Shown piece after piece: positions 12,301 to 25,575 of a stretch of 64,000 bases of DNA. The number at the start of each line of letters is the position of its first letter. Position 1 is the stretch's first letter. The notes beneath the pieces are model-generated. The model saw only the letters and a program-made list of their open reading frames with translations. It was not told the origin of the DNA and did no database searches. The stretch comes from the human T2T-CHM13v2.0 reference genome, Homo sapiens. The DNA lies in NCBI RefSeq assembly GCF_009914755.1, contig NC_060940.1. The stretch is one strand, 5' to 3'. The position numbers and the translations under genes were made by a program.

Positions 12301-15300
12301 GTATTCAACTCACAGAGTTGAACGATCCTTTACACAGAGCAGATTTGAAACACTGTTTTTCTGGAATTTGCAAGTGGAGATTTCAGCCGCTTTGAGGTCA
12401 ATGGTAGAAAAGGAAATATCTTCGTATAAAAACTAGACAGAATGATTCTCAGAAACTCCTTTGTGATGTGTGCGTTCAACTCACAGAGTTTAACCTTTCT
12501 TTTCACAGAGCAGTTAGGAAACACTCTGTTTGTGAAGCCTGCCAGTGGATAATCGGACCTCTTTGAGGCCTTCGTTGGAAACGGGATTTCTTCATATTAT
12601 GCTAGACAGAAGATTTCTCAGTAACTTCTTTGTGTTGTGTGTATGCAACTCACAGAGTTCAACCTTCCTTTAGAGAGAGCATATTTGAAACACTCTTTTT
12701 GTGGAATTTGCAAGTGGAGATTTCAAGCGCTTCGATGCCAATGGTAGAAAAGGAAATATCTTCGTATAAAAACAAGACAAACTCGTTCCCAGACACTGCG
12801 TAGTGATGTGTGTGTTTAACTCACAGAGTTTAACCTTTCTTTTCATACAGCATTCTGGAAACCCTGTGTTTGTAAAGTCTGCAAGTGGATATTTGGACCT
12901 CTTAGATGCCTTCGTTGGAAACGGGATTTCTTCATATAATGCTAGAGGGAAGAATTCTTAGTAACTTCTTTGTGTTGTGTGTATTCAACTGACAGAGTTG
13001 AACCTTCCTTTAGACAGAGCAGATTTGAAAGTCTCTTTCTGTGGAATTTGCAAGTGGAGATTTCAAGCGCTTTGAGGCCAAAAGCAGAAAAGGAAATATT
13101 TTCCTATAAAAACTCGACAGAATCTTTCTCAGAAACTGCTCTGGGATGTGTGCGTTCAACTCACAGAGTTTAACTTTTCTTTTCATTCAGCAGTTTGGAA
13201 ACACTCTGTTTGGAAAGTCTGCACGTGGATATTTTGACCTCTTTGAGGCCTTCGTTGGAAACGGGTTTTTTTCATGTAAGGCTAGACAGAAGAAATCTCA
13301 GTAACTTCCTTGTGTTGTGTGTATTCAACTGACAGAGTTGAACCTTCCTTTAGACAGAGCAGATTCGAAACACTCTTTTTCTGCAATTTGCAAGTGGAGA
13401 CTTCAAGCGCTTTGAGGCCAAAGGCAGAAAAGGAAATATCTTCGTATAAAAACCCGACAGAATCATTCTCAGAAACTGCTCTGTGATGTGTGCGTTCAAC
13501 TCACAGAGTTTAACTTTTCTTTTCATTCAGCAGTTTGGAAACACTCTGTTTGTAAAGTCTGCAAGTGGATATCTTGGCCTCTTAGAGGCCTTCGTTGGAA
13601 ACGGGTTTTTTCATGTAAGGATAGACAGAGGAATTCCCAGTAACTTCCTTGTGTTGTGTGCATTCAACTCACAGAGTTGAATGATTCTTTACACAGAGCA
13701 GATTTGAGACACTCTTTTGGTGGAATTTGTAAGTGGAGAATTCAGCCGCTTTGAGGTCAACGGTAGAAAAGGAAATATCTTCGTATAAAAACTAGACAGA
13801 ATGATTCTCAGAAACTGTTTTGTGATGTGTGCGTTCAACTCACAGAGTTTAACCTTTCTTTTCAGAGAGCAGTTAGGAAACACTCTGTTTGTAAAGTCTG
13901 CAAGTGGATATTCAGACCTCTTTGAGGCCTTCGTTGGAAACGGGATTTCTTCATATTATGCTAGACAGATGAATTCTCAGTAACTTCCTTGTGTTGTGTG
14001 TATTCAACTCACAGAGTTGAACGATCCTTTACACAGAGCAGATTTGAAACACTGTTTTTCTGGAATTTGCAAGTGGAGATTTCAGCCGATTTGAGGTCAA
14101 TGGTAGAAAAGGAAATATCTTCGTATAAAAACTAGACAGAATGATTCTCAGAAACTCCTTTGTGATGTGTGCGTTCAACTCACAGAGTTTAACCTTTCTT
14201 TTCACAGAGCAGTTAGGAAACACTCTGTTTGTGAAGCCTGCCAGTGGATATTCGGACCTCTTTGAGGCCTTCGTTGGAAACGGGATTTCTTCATATTATG
14301 CTAGACAGAAGATTTCTCAGTAACTTCTTTGGGTTGTGTGTATGCAACTCACAGAGTTCAACCTTCCTTTAGACAGAGCAGATTTGAAACACTCTTTTTG
14401 TGGAATTTGCAAGTGGAGATTTCAAGCGCTTCGATGCCAATGGTAGAAAAGGAAATATCTTCGTATAAAAACAAGACAAACTCGTTCCCAGACACTGCGT
14501 AGTGATGTGTGTGTTTAACTCACAGAGTTTAACCTTTCTTTTCATACAGCATTCTGGAAACCCTGTGTTTGTAAAGTCTGCAAGTGGATATTTGGACCTC
14601 TTAGATGCCTTCGTTGGAAACGGGATTTCTTCATATAATGCTAGAGGGAAGAATTCTTAGTAACTTCTTTGTGTTGTGTGTATTCAACTGACAGAGTTGA
14701 ACCTTCCTTTAGACAGAGCAGATTTGAAAGTCTCTTTTTGTGGAATTTGCAAGTGGAGATTTCAAGCGCTTTGAGGCCAAAAGCAGAAAAGGAAATATTT
14801 TCCTATAAAAACTCGACAGAATCTTTCTCAGAAACTGCTCTGGGATGTGTGCGTTCAACTCACAGAGTTTAACTTTTCTTTCCATTCAGCAGTTTGGAAA
14901 CACTCTGTTTGGAAAGTCTGCACGTGGATATTTTGACCTCTTTGAGGCCTTCGTTGGAAACGGGTTTTTTTCATGTAAGGCTAGACAGAAGAAATCTCAG
15001 TAACTTCCTTGTGTTGTGTGTATTCAACTGACAGAGTTGAACCTTCCTTTAGACAGAGCAGATTCGAAACACTCTTTTTCTGCAATTTGCAAGTGGAAAC
15101 TTCAAGCGCTTTGAGGCCAAAGGCAGAAAAGGAAATATCTTCGTATAAAAACCCGACAGAATCATTCTCAGAAACTGCTCTGTGATGTGTGCGTTCAACT
15201 CACAGAGTTTAACTTTTCTTTTCATTCAGCAGTTTGGAAACACTCTGTTTGTAAAGTCTGCAAGTGGATATCTTGGCCTCTTAGAGGCCTTCGTTGGAAA

Positions 15301-18300
15301 CGGGTTTTTTCATGTAAGGTTAGACAGAGGAATTCCCAGTAACTTCCTTGTGTTGTGTGCATTCAACTCACAGAGTTGAATGATTCTTTACACAGAGCAG
15401 ATTTGAGACACTCTTTTGGTGGAATTTGTAAGTGGAGAATTCAGCCGCTTTGAGGTCAACGGTAGAAAAGGAAATATCTTCGTATAAAAACTAGACAGAA
15501 TGATTCTCAGAAACTGTTTTGTGATGTGTGCGTTCAACTCACAGAGTTTAACCTTTCTTTTCAAAGAGCAGTTAGGAAACACTCTGTTTGTAAAGTCTGC
15601 AAGTGGATATTCAGACCTCTTTGAGGCCTTCGTTGGAAACGGGATTTCTTCATATTATGCTAGACAGATGAATTCTCAGTAACTTCCTTGTGTTGTGTGT
15701 ATTCAACTCACAGAGTTGAACGATCCTTTACACAGAGCAGATTTGAAACACTGTTTTTCTGGAATTTGCAAGTGGAGATTTCAGCCGCTTTGAGGTCAAT
15801 GGTAGAAAAGGAAATATCTTCGTATAAAAACTAGACAGAATGATTCTCAGAAACTCCTTTGTGATGTGTGCGTTCAACTCACAGAGTTTAACCTTTCTTT
15901 TCACAGAGCAGTTAGGAAACACTCTGTTTGTGAAGCCTGCCAGTGGATATTCGGACCTCTTTGAGGCCTTCGTTGGAAACGGGATTTCTTCATATTATGC
16001 TAGACAGAAGATTTCTCAGTAACTTCTTTGGGTTGTGTGTATGCAACTCACAGAGTTCAACCTTCCTTTAGACAGAGCAGATTTGAAACACTCTTTTTGT
16101 GGAATTTGCAAGTGGAGATTTCAAACGCTTCGATGCCAATGGTAGAAAAGGAAATATCTTCGTATAAAAACAAGACAAACTCGTTCCCAGACACTGCGTA
16201 GTGATGTGTGTGTTTAACTCACAGAGTTTAACCTTTCTTTTCATACAGCATTCTGGAAACCCTCTGTTTGTAAAGTCTGCAAGTGGATATTTGGACCTCT
16301 TAGATGCCTTCGTTGGAAACGGGATTTCTTCATATAATGCTAGAGGGAAGAATTCTTAGTAACTTCTTTGTGTTGTGTGTATTCAACTGACAGAGTTGAA
16401 CCTTCTTTTAGACAGAGCAGATTTGAAAGTCTCTTTTTGTGGAATTTGCAAGTGGAGATTTCAAGCGCTTTGAGGCCAAAAGCAGAAAAGGAAATATTTT
16501 CCTATAAAAACTCGACAGAATCTTTCTCAGAAACTGCTCTGGGATGTGTGCGTTCAACTCACAGAGTTTAACTTTTCTTTTCATTCAGCAGTTTGGAAAC
16601 ACTCTGTTTGGAAAGTCTGCACGTGGATATTTTGACCTCTTTGAGGCCTTCGTTGGAAACGGGTTTTTTTCATGTAAGGCTAGACAGAAGAAATCTCAGT
16701 AACTTCCTTGTGTTGTGTGTATTCAACTGACAGAGTTGAACCTTCCTTTAGACAGAGCAGATTCGAAACACTCTTTTTCTGCAATTTGCAAGTGGAGACT
16801 TCAAGCGCTTTGAGGCCAAAGGCAGAAAAGGAAATATCTTCGTATAAAAACCCGACAGAATCATTCTCAGAAACTGCTCTGTGATGTGTGCGTTCAACTC
16901 ACAGAGTTTAACTTTTCTTTTCATTCAGCAGTTTGGAAACACTCTGTTTGTAAAGTCTGCAAGTGGATATCTTGGCCTCTTAGAGGCCTTCGTTGGAAAC
17001 GGGTTTTTTCATGTAAGGATAGACAGAGGAATTCCCAGTAACTTCCTTGTGTTGTGTGCATTCAACTCACAGAGTTGAATGATTCTTTACACAGAGCAGA
17101 TTTGAGACACTCTTTTGGTGGAATTTGTAAGTGGAGAATTCAGCCGCTTTGAGGTCAACGGTAGAAATGGAAATATCTTCGTATAAAAACTAGACAGAAT
17201 GATTCTCAGAAACTGTTTTGTGATGTGTGCGTTCAACTCACAGAGTTTAACCTTTCTTTTCAAAGAGCAGTTAGGAAACACTCTGTTTGTAAAGTCTGCA
17301 AGTGGATATTCAGACCTCTTTGAGGCCTTCGTTGGAAACGGGATTTCTTCATATTATGCTAGACAGATGAATTCTCAGTAACTTCCTTGTGTTGTGTGTA
17401 TTCAACTCACAGAGTTGAACGATCCTTTACACAGAGCAGATTTGAAACACTGTTTTTCTGGAATTTGCAAGTGGAGATTTCAGCCGCTTTGAGGTCAATG
17501 GTAGAAAAGGAAATATCTTCGTATAAAAACTAGACAGAATGATTCTCAGAAACTCCTTTGTGATGTGTGCGTTCAACTCACAGAGTTTAACCTTTCTTTT
17601 CACAGAGCAGTTAGGAAACACTCTGTTTGTGAAGCCTGCCAGTGGATAATCGGACCTCTTTGAGGCCTTCGTTGGAAACGGGATTTCTTCATATTATGCT
17701 AGACAGAAGATTTCTCAGTAACTTCTTTGTGTTGTGTGTATGCAACTCACAGAGTTCAACCTTCCTTTAGAGAGAGCATATTTGAAACACTCTTTTTGTG
17801 GAATTTGCAAGTGGAGATTTCAAGCGCTTCGATGCCAATGGTAGAAAAGGAAATATCTTCGTATAAAAACAAGACAAACTCGTTCCCAGACACTGCGTAG
17901 TGATGTGTGTGTTTAACTCACAGAGTTTAACCTTTCTTTTCATACAGCATTCTGGAAACCCTGTGTTTGTAAAGTCTGCAAGTGGATATTTGGACCTCTT
18001 AGATGCCTTCGTTGGAAACGGGATTTCTTCATATAATGCTAGAGGGAAGAATTCTTAGTAACTTCTTTGTGTTGTGTGTATTCAACTGACAGAGTTGAAC
18101 CTTCCTTTAGACAGAGCAGATTTGAAAGTCTCTTTTTGTGGAATTTGCAAGTGGAGATTTCAAGCGCTTTGAGGCCAAAAGCAGAAAAGGAAATATTTTC
18201 CTATAAAAACTCGACAGACTCATTCTCAGAAACTGCTCTGTGATGTGTGCGTTCAACTCACAGAGTTTAACTTTTCTTTTCATTCAGCAGTTTGGAAACA

Positions 18301-21300
18301 CTGTTTGGAAAGTCTGCACGTGGATATTTTGACCTCTTTGAGGCCTTCGTTGGAAACGGGTTTTTTTTATGTAAGGCTAGACAGAAGAAATCTCAGTAAC
18401 TTCCTTGTGTTGTGTGTATTCAACTGACAGAGTTGAACCTTCCTTTAGACAGAGCAGATTCGAAACACTCTTTTTCTGCAATTTGCAAGTGGAGACTTCA
18501 AGCGCTTTGAGGCCAAAGGCAGAAAAGGAAATATCTTCGTATAAAAACCCGACAGAATCATTCTCAGAAACTGCTCTGTGATGTGTGCGTTCAACTCACA
18601 GAGTTTAACTTTTCTTTTCATTCAGCAGTTTGGAAACACTCTGTTTGTAAAGTCTGCAAGTGGATATCTTGGCCTCTTAGAGGCCTTCGTTGGAAACGGG
18701 TTTTTTCATGTAAGGATAGACAGAGGAATTCCCAGTAACTTCCTTGTGTTGTGTGCATTCAACTCACAGAGTTGAATGATTCTTTACACAGAGCAGATTT
18801 GAGACACTCTTTTGGTGGAATTTGTAAGTGGAGAATTCAGCCGCTTTGAGGTCAACGGTAGAAAAGGAAATATCTTCGTATAAAAACTAGACAGAATGAT
18901 TCTCAGAAACTGTTTTGTGATGTGTGCGTTCAACTCACACAGTTTAACCTTTCTTTTCAGAGAGCAGTTAGGAAACACTCTGTTTGTAAAGTCTGCAAGT
19001 GGATATTCAGACCTCTTTGAGGCCTTCGTTGGAAACGGGATTTCTTTATATTATGCTAGACAGATGAATTCTCAGTAACTTCCTTGTGTTGTGTGTATTC
19101 AACTCACAGAGTTGAACGATCCTTTACACAGAGCAGATTTGAAACACTGTTTTTCTGGAATTTGCAAGTGGAGATTTCAGCCGATTTGAGGTCAATGGTA
19201 GAAAAGGAAATATCTTCGTATAAAAACTAGACAGAATGATTCTCAGAAACTCCTTTGTGATGTGTGCGTTCAACTCACAGAGTTTAACCTTTCTTTTCAC
19301 AGAGCAGTTAGGAAACACTCTGTTTGTGAAGCCTGCCAGTGGATATTCGGACCTCTTTGAGGCCTTCGTTGGAAACGGGATTTCTTCATATTATGCTAGA
19401 CAGAAGATTTCTCAGTAACTTCTTTGTGTTGTGTGTATGCAACTCACAGAGTTCAACCTTCCTTTAGACAGAGCAGATTTGAAACACTCTTTTTGTGGAA
19501 TTTGCAAGTGGAGATTTCAAGCGCTTCGATGCCAATGGTAGAAAAGGAAATATCTTCGTATAAAAACAAGACAAACTCGTTCCCAGACACTGCGTAGTGA
19601 TGTGTGTGTTTAACTCACAGAGTTTAACCTTTCTTTTCATACAGCATTCTGGAAACCCTGTGTTTGTAAAGTCTGCAAGTGGATATTTGGACCTCTTAGA
19701 TGCCTTCGTTGGAAACGGGATTTCTTCATATAATGCTAGAGGGAAGAATTCTTAGTAACTTCTTTGTGTTGTGTGTATTCAACTGACAGAGTTGAACCTT
19801 CCTTTAGACAGAGCAGATTTGAAAGTCTCTTTTTGTGGAATTTGCAAGTGGAGATTTCAAGCGCTTTGAGGCCAAAAGCAGAAAAGGAAATATTTTCCTA
19901 TAAAAACTCGACAGAATCTTTCTCAGAAACTGCTCTGGGATGTGTGCGTTCAACTCACAGAGTTTAACATTTCTTTCCATTCAGCAGTTTGGAAACACTC
20001 TGTTTGGAAAGTCTGCACGTGGATATTTTGACCTCTTTGAGGCCTTCGTTGGAAACGGGTTTTTTTCTTGTAAGGCTAGACAGAAGAAATCTCAGTAACT
20101 TCCTTGTGTTGTGTGTATTCAACTGACAGAGTTGAACCTTCCTTTAGACAGAGCAGATTCGAAACACTCTTTTTCTGCAATTTGCAAGTGGAGACTTCAA
20201 GCGCTTTGAGGCCAAAGGCAGAAAAGGAAATATCTTCGTATAAAAACCCGACAGAATCATTCTCAGAAACTGCTCTGTGATGTGTGCGTTCAACTCACAG
20301 AGTTTAACTTTTCTTTTCATTCAGCAGTTTGGAAACACTCTGTTTGTAAAGTCTGCAAGTGGATATCTTGGCCTCTTAGAGGCCTTCGTTGGAAACGGGT
20401 TTTTTCATGTAAGGTTAGACAGAGGAATTCCCAGTAACTTCCTTGTGTTGTGTGCATTCAACTCACAGAGTTGAATGATTCTTTACACAGAGCAGATTTG
20501 AGACACTCTTTTGGTGGAATTTGTAAGTGGAGAATTCAGCTGCTTTGAGGTCAACGGTAGAAAAGGAAATATCTTCGTATAAAAACTAGACAGAATGATT
20601 CTCAGAAACTGTTTTGTGATGTGTGCTTTCAACTCACAGAGTTTAACCTTTCTTTTCAAAGAGCAGTTAGGAAACACTCTGTTTGTAAAGTCTGCAAGTG
20701 GATATTCAGACCTCTTTGAGGCCTTCGTTGGAAACGGGATTTCTTCATATTATGCTAGACAGATGAATTCTCAGTAACTTCATTGTGTTGTGTGTATTCA
20801 ACTCACAGAGTTGAACGATCCTTTACACAGAGCAGATTTGAAACACTGTTTTTCTGGAATTTGCAAGTGGAGATTTCAGCCGCTTTGAGGTCAATGGTAG
20901 AAAAGGAAATATCTTCGTATAAAAACTAGACAGAATGATTCTCAGAAACTCCTTTGTGATGTGTGCGTTCAACTCACAGAGTTTAACCTTTCTTTTCACA
21001 GAGCAGTTAGGAAACACTCTGTGAAGCCTGCCAGTGGATATTCGGACCTCTTTGAGGCCTTCGTTGGAAACGGGATTTCTTCATATTATGCTAGACAGAA
21101 GATTTATCAGTAACTTCTTTGGGTTGTGTGTATGCAACTCACAGAGTTCAACCTTCCTTTAGACAGAGCAGATTTGAAACACTCTTTTTGTGGAATTTGC
21201 AAGTGGAGATTTCAAGCGCTTCGATGCCAATGGTAGAAAAGGAAATATCTTCGTATAAAAACAAGACAAACTCGTTCCCAGACACTGCGAAGTGATGTGT

Positions 21301-24300
21301 GTGTTTAACTCACAGAGTTTAACCTTTCTTTTCATACAGCATTCTGGAAACCCTGTGTTTGTAAAGTCTGCAAGTCGATATTTGGACCTCTTAGATGCCT
21401 TCTTTGGAAACGGGATTTCTTCATATAATGTTAGAGGGAAGAATTCTTAGTAACTTCTTTGTGTTGTGTGTATTCAACTGACAGAGTTGAACCTTCCTTT
21501 AGACAGAGCAGATTTGAAAGTCTCTTTTTGTGGAATTTGCAAGTGGAGATTTCAAGCGCTTTGAGGCCAAAAGCAGAAAAGGAAATATTTTCCTATAAAA
21601 ACTCGACAGAATCTTTCTCAGAAACTGCTCTGGGATGTGTGCGTTCAACTCACAGAGTTTAACTTTTCTTTTCATTCAGCAGTTTGGAAACACTCTGTTT
21701 GGAAAGTCTGCACGTGGATATTTTGACCTCTTTGAGGCCTTCGTTGGAAACGGGTTTTTTTCATGTAAGGCTAGACAGAAGAAATCTCAGTAACTTCCTT
21801 GTGTTGTGTGTATTCAACTGACAGAGTTGAACCTTCCTTTAGACAGAGCAGATTCGAAACACTCTTTTTCTGCAATTTGCAAGTGGAAACTTCAAGCGCT
21901 TTGAGGCCAAAGGCAGAAAAGGAAATATCTTCGTATAAAAACCCGACAGAATCACTCTCAGAAACTGCTCTGTGATGTGTGCGTTCAACTCACAGAGTTT
22001 AACTTTTCTTTTCATTCAGCAGTTTGGAAACACTCTGTTTGTAAAGTCTGCAAGTGGATATCTTGGCCTCTTAGAGGCCTTCGTTGGAAACGGGTTTTTT
22101 CATGTAAGGTTAGACAGAGGAATTCCCAGTAACTTCCTTGTGTTGTGTGCATTCAACTCACAGAGTTGAATGATTCTTTACACAGAGCAGATTTGAGACA
22201 CTCTTTTGGTGGAATTTGTAAGTGGAGAATTCAGCCGCTTTGAGGTCAACGGTAGAAAAGGAAATATCTTCGTATAAAAACTAGGCAGAATGATTCTCAG
22301 AAACTGTTTTGTGATGTGTGCGTTCAACTCACAGAGTTTAACCTTTCTTTTCAAAGAGCAGTTAGGAAACACTCTGTTTGTAAAGTCTGCAAGTGGATAT
22401 TCAGACCTCTTTGAGGCCTTCGTTGGAAACGGGATTTCTTCATATTATGCTAGACAGATGAATTCTCAGTAACTTCCTTGTGTTGTGTGTATTCAACTCA
22501 CAGAGTTGAACGATCCTTTACACAGAGCAGATTTGAAACACTGTTTTTCTGGAATTTGCAAGTGGAGATTTCAGCCGCTTTGAGGTCAATGGTAGAAAAG
22601 GAAATATCTTCGTATAAAAACTAGACAGAATGATTCTCAGAAACTCCTTTGTGATGTGTGCGTTCAACTCACAGAGTTTAACCTTTCTTTTCACAGAGCA
22701 GTTAGGAAACACTCTGTTTGTGAAGCCTGCCAGTGGATATTCGGACCTCTTTGAGGCCTTCGTTGGAAACGGGATTTCTTCATATTATGCTAGACAGAAG
22801 ATTTCTCAGTAACTTCTTTGTGTTGTGTGTATGCAACTCACAGAGTTCAACCTTCCTTTAGACAGAGCAGATTTGAAACACTCTTTTTGTGGAATTTGCA
22901 AGTGGAGATTTCAAACGCTTCGATGCCAATGGTAGAAAAGGAAATATCTTCGTATAAAAACAAGACAAACTCGTTCCCAGACACTGCGTAGTGATGTGTG
23001 TGTTTAACTCACAGAGTTTAACCTTTCTTTTCATACAGCATTCTGGAAACCCTGTGTTTGTAAAGTCTGCAAGTGGATATTTGGACCTCTTAGATGCCTT
23101 CGTTGGAAACGGGATTTCTTCATATAATGCTAGAGGGAAGAATTCTTAGTAACTTCTTTGTGTTGTGTGTATTCAACTGACAGAGTTGAACCTTCCTTTA
23201 GACAGAGCAGATTTGAAAGTCTCTTTTTGTGGAATTTGCAAGTGGAGATTTCAAGCGCTTTGAGGCCAAAAGCAGAAAAGGAAATATTTTCCTATAAAAA
23301 CTCGACAGAATCTTTCTCAGAAACTGCTCTGGGATGTGTGCGTTCAACTCACAGAGTTTAACTTTTCTTTTCATTCAGCAGTTTGGAAACACTCTGTTTG
23401 GAAAGTCTGCACGTGGATATTTTGACCTCTTTGAAGCCTTCGTTGGAAACGGGTTTTTTTCATGTAAGGCTAGACAGAAGAAATCTCAGTAACTTCCTTG
23501 TGTTGTGTGTATTCAACTGACAGAGTTGAACCTTCCTTTAGACAGAGCAGATTCGAAACACTCTTTTTCTGCAATTTGCAAGTGGAGACTTCAAGCGCTT
23601 TGAGGCCAAAGGCAGAAAAGGAAATATCTTCGTATAAAAACCCGACAGAATCATTCTCAGAAACTGCTCTGTGATGTGTGCGTTCAACTCACAGAGTTTA
23701 ACTTTTCTTTTCATTCAGCAGTTTGGAAACACTCTGTTTGTAAAGTCTGCAAGTGGATATCTTGGCCTCTTAGAGGCCTTCGTTGGAAACGGGTTTTTTC
23801 ATGTAAGGATAGACAGAGGAATTCCCAGTAACTTCCTTGTGTTGTGTGCATTCAACTCACAGAGTTGAATGATTCTTTACACAGAGCAGATTTGAGACAC
23901 TCTTTTGGTGGAATTTGTAAGTGGAGAATTCAGCCGCTTTGAGGTCAACGGTAGAAAAGGAAATATCTTCGTATAAAAACTAGACAGAATGATTCTCAGA
24001 AACTGTTTTGTGATGTGTGCGTTCAACTCACAGAGTTTAACCTTTCTTTTCAAAGAGCAGTTAGGAAACACTCTGTTTGTAAAGTCTGCAAGTGGATATT
24101 CAGACCTCTTTGAGGCCTTCGTTGGAAACGGGATTTCTTCATATTATGCTAGACAGATGAATTCTCAGTAACTTCCTTGTGTTGTGTGTATTCAACTCAC
24201 AGAGTTAAACGATCCTTTACACAGAGCAGATTTGAAACACTGTTTTTCTGGAATTTGCAAGTGGAGATTTCAGCCGCTTTGAGGTCAATGGTAGAAAAGG

Positions 24301-25575
24301 AAATATCTTCGTATAAAAACTAGACAGAATGATTCTCAGAAACTCCTTTGTGATGTGTGCGTTCAACTCACAGAGTTTAACCTTTCTTTTCACAGAGCAG
24401 TTAGGAAACACTCTGTTTGTGAAGCCTGCCAGTGGATATTCGGACCTCTTTGAGGCCTTCGTTGGAAACGGGATTTCTTCATATTATGCTAGACAGAAGA
24501 TTTCTCAGTAACTTCTTTGTGTTGTGTGTATGCAACTCACAGAGTTCAACCTTCCTTTAGACAGAGCAGATTTGAAACACTCTTTTTGTGGAATTTGCAA
24601 GTGGAGATTTCAAGCGCTTCGATGCCAATGGTAGAAAAGGAAATATCTTCGTATAAAAACAAGACAAACTCGTTCCCAGACACTGCGTAGTGATGTGTGT
24701 GTTTAACTCACAGAGTTTAACCTTTCTTTTCATACAGCATTCTGGAAACCCTGTGTTTGTAAAGTCTGCAAGTGGATATTTGGACCTCTTAGATGCCTTC
24801 GTTGGAAACGGGATTTCTTCATATAATGCTAGAGGGAAGAATTCTTAGTAACTTCTTTGTGTTGTGTTTATTCAACTGACAGAGTTGAACCTTCCTTTAG
24901 ACAGAGCAGATTTGAAAGTCTCTTTCTGTGGAATTTGCAAGTGGAGATTTCAAGCGCTTTGAGGCCAAAAGCAGAAAAGGAAATATTTTCCTATAAAAAC
25001 TCGACAGAATCTTTCTCAGAAACTGCTCTGGGATGTGTGCGTTCAACTCACAGAGTTTAACTTTTCTTTTCATTCAGCAGTTTGGAAACACTCTGTTTGG
25101 AAAGTCTGCACGTGGATATTTTGACCTTTTTGAGGCCTTCGTTGGAAACGGGTTTTTTTCATGTAAGGCTAGACAGAAGAAATCTCAGTAACTTCCTTGT
25201 GTTGTGTGTATTCAACTGACAGAGTTGAACCTTCCTTTAGACAGAGCAGATTCGAAACACTCTTTTTCTGCAATTTGCAAGTGGAGACTTCAAGCGCTTT
25301 GAGGCCAAAGGCAGAAAAGGATATATCTTCGTATAAAAACCCGACAGAATCATTCTCAGAAACTGCTCTGTGATGTCTGCGTTCAACTCACAGAGTTTAA
25401 CTTTTCTTTTCATTCAGCAGTTTGGAAACACTCTGTTTGTAAAGTCTGCAAGTGGATATCTTGGCCTCTTAGAGGCCTTCGTTGGAAACGGGTTTTTTCA
25501 TGTAAGGATAGACAGAGGAATTCCCAGTAACTTCCTTGTGTTGTGTGCATTCAACTCACAGAGTTGAATGATTCT

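Larger units (their letters stand above)
1..25575 (+). repeat. About 15 tandem canonical 10-mer HORs (1699 bp)
   Basis: A marker ORF recurs at 97, 1796, 3495, 5194, 6893, 8592, 10291, 11990, 13689, 15388, 17087, 18784, 20483, 22178, 23877 and 25576. Spacing is 1699 except 1697 (2-bp deletion near 18301) and 1695 (4-bp deletion near 21020). Confidence 0.95.
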
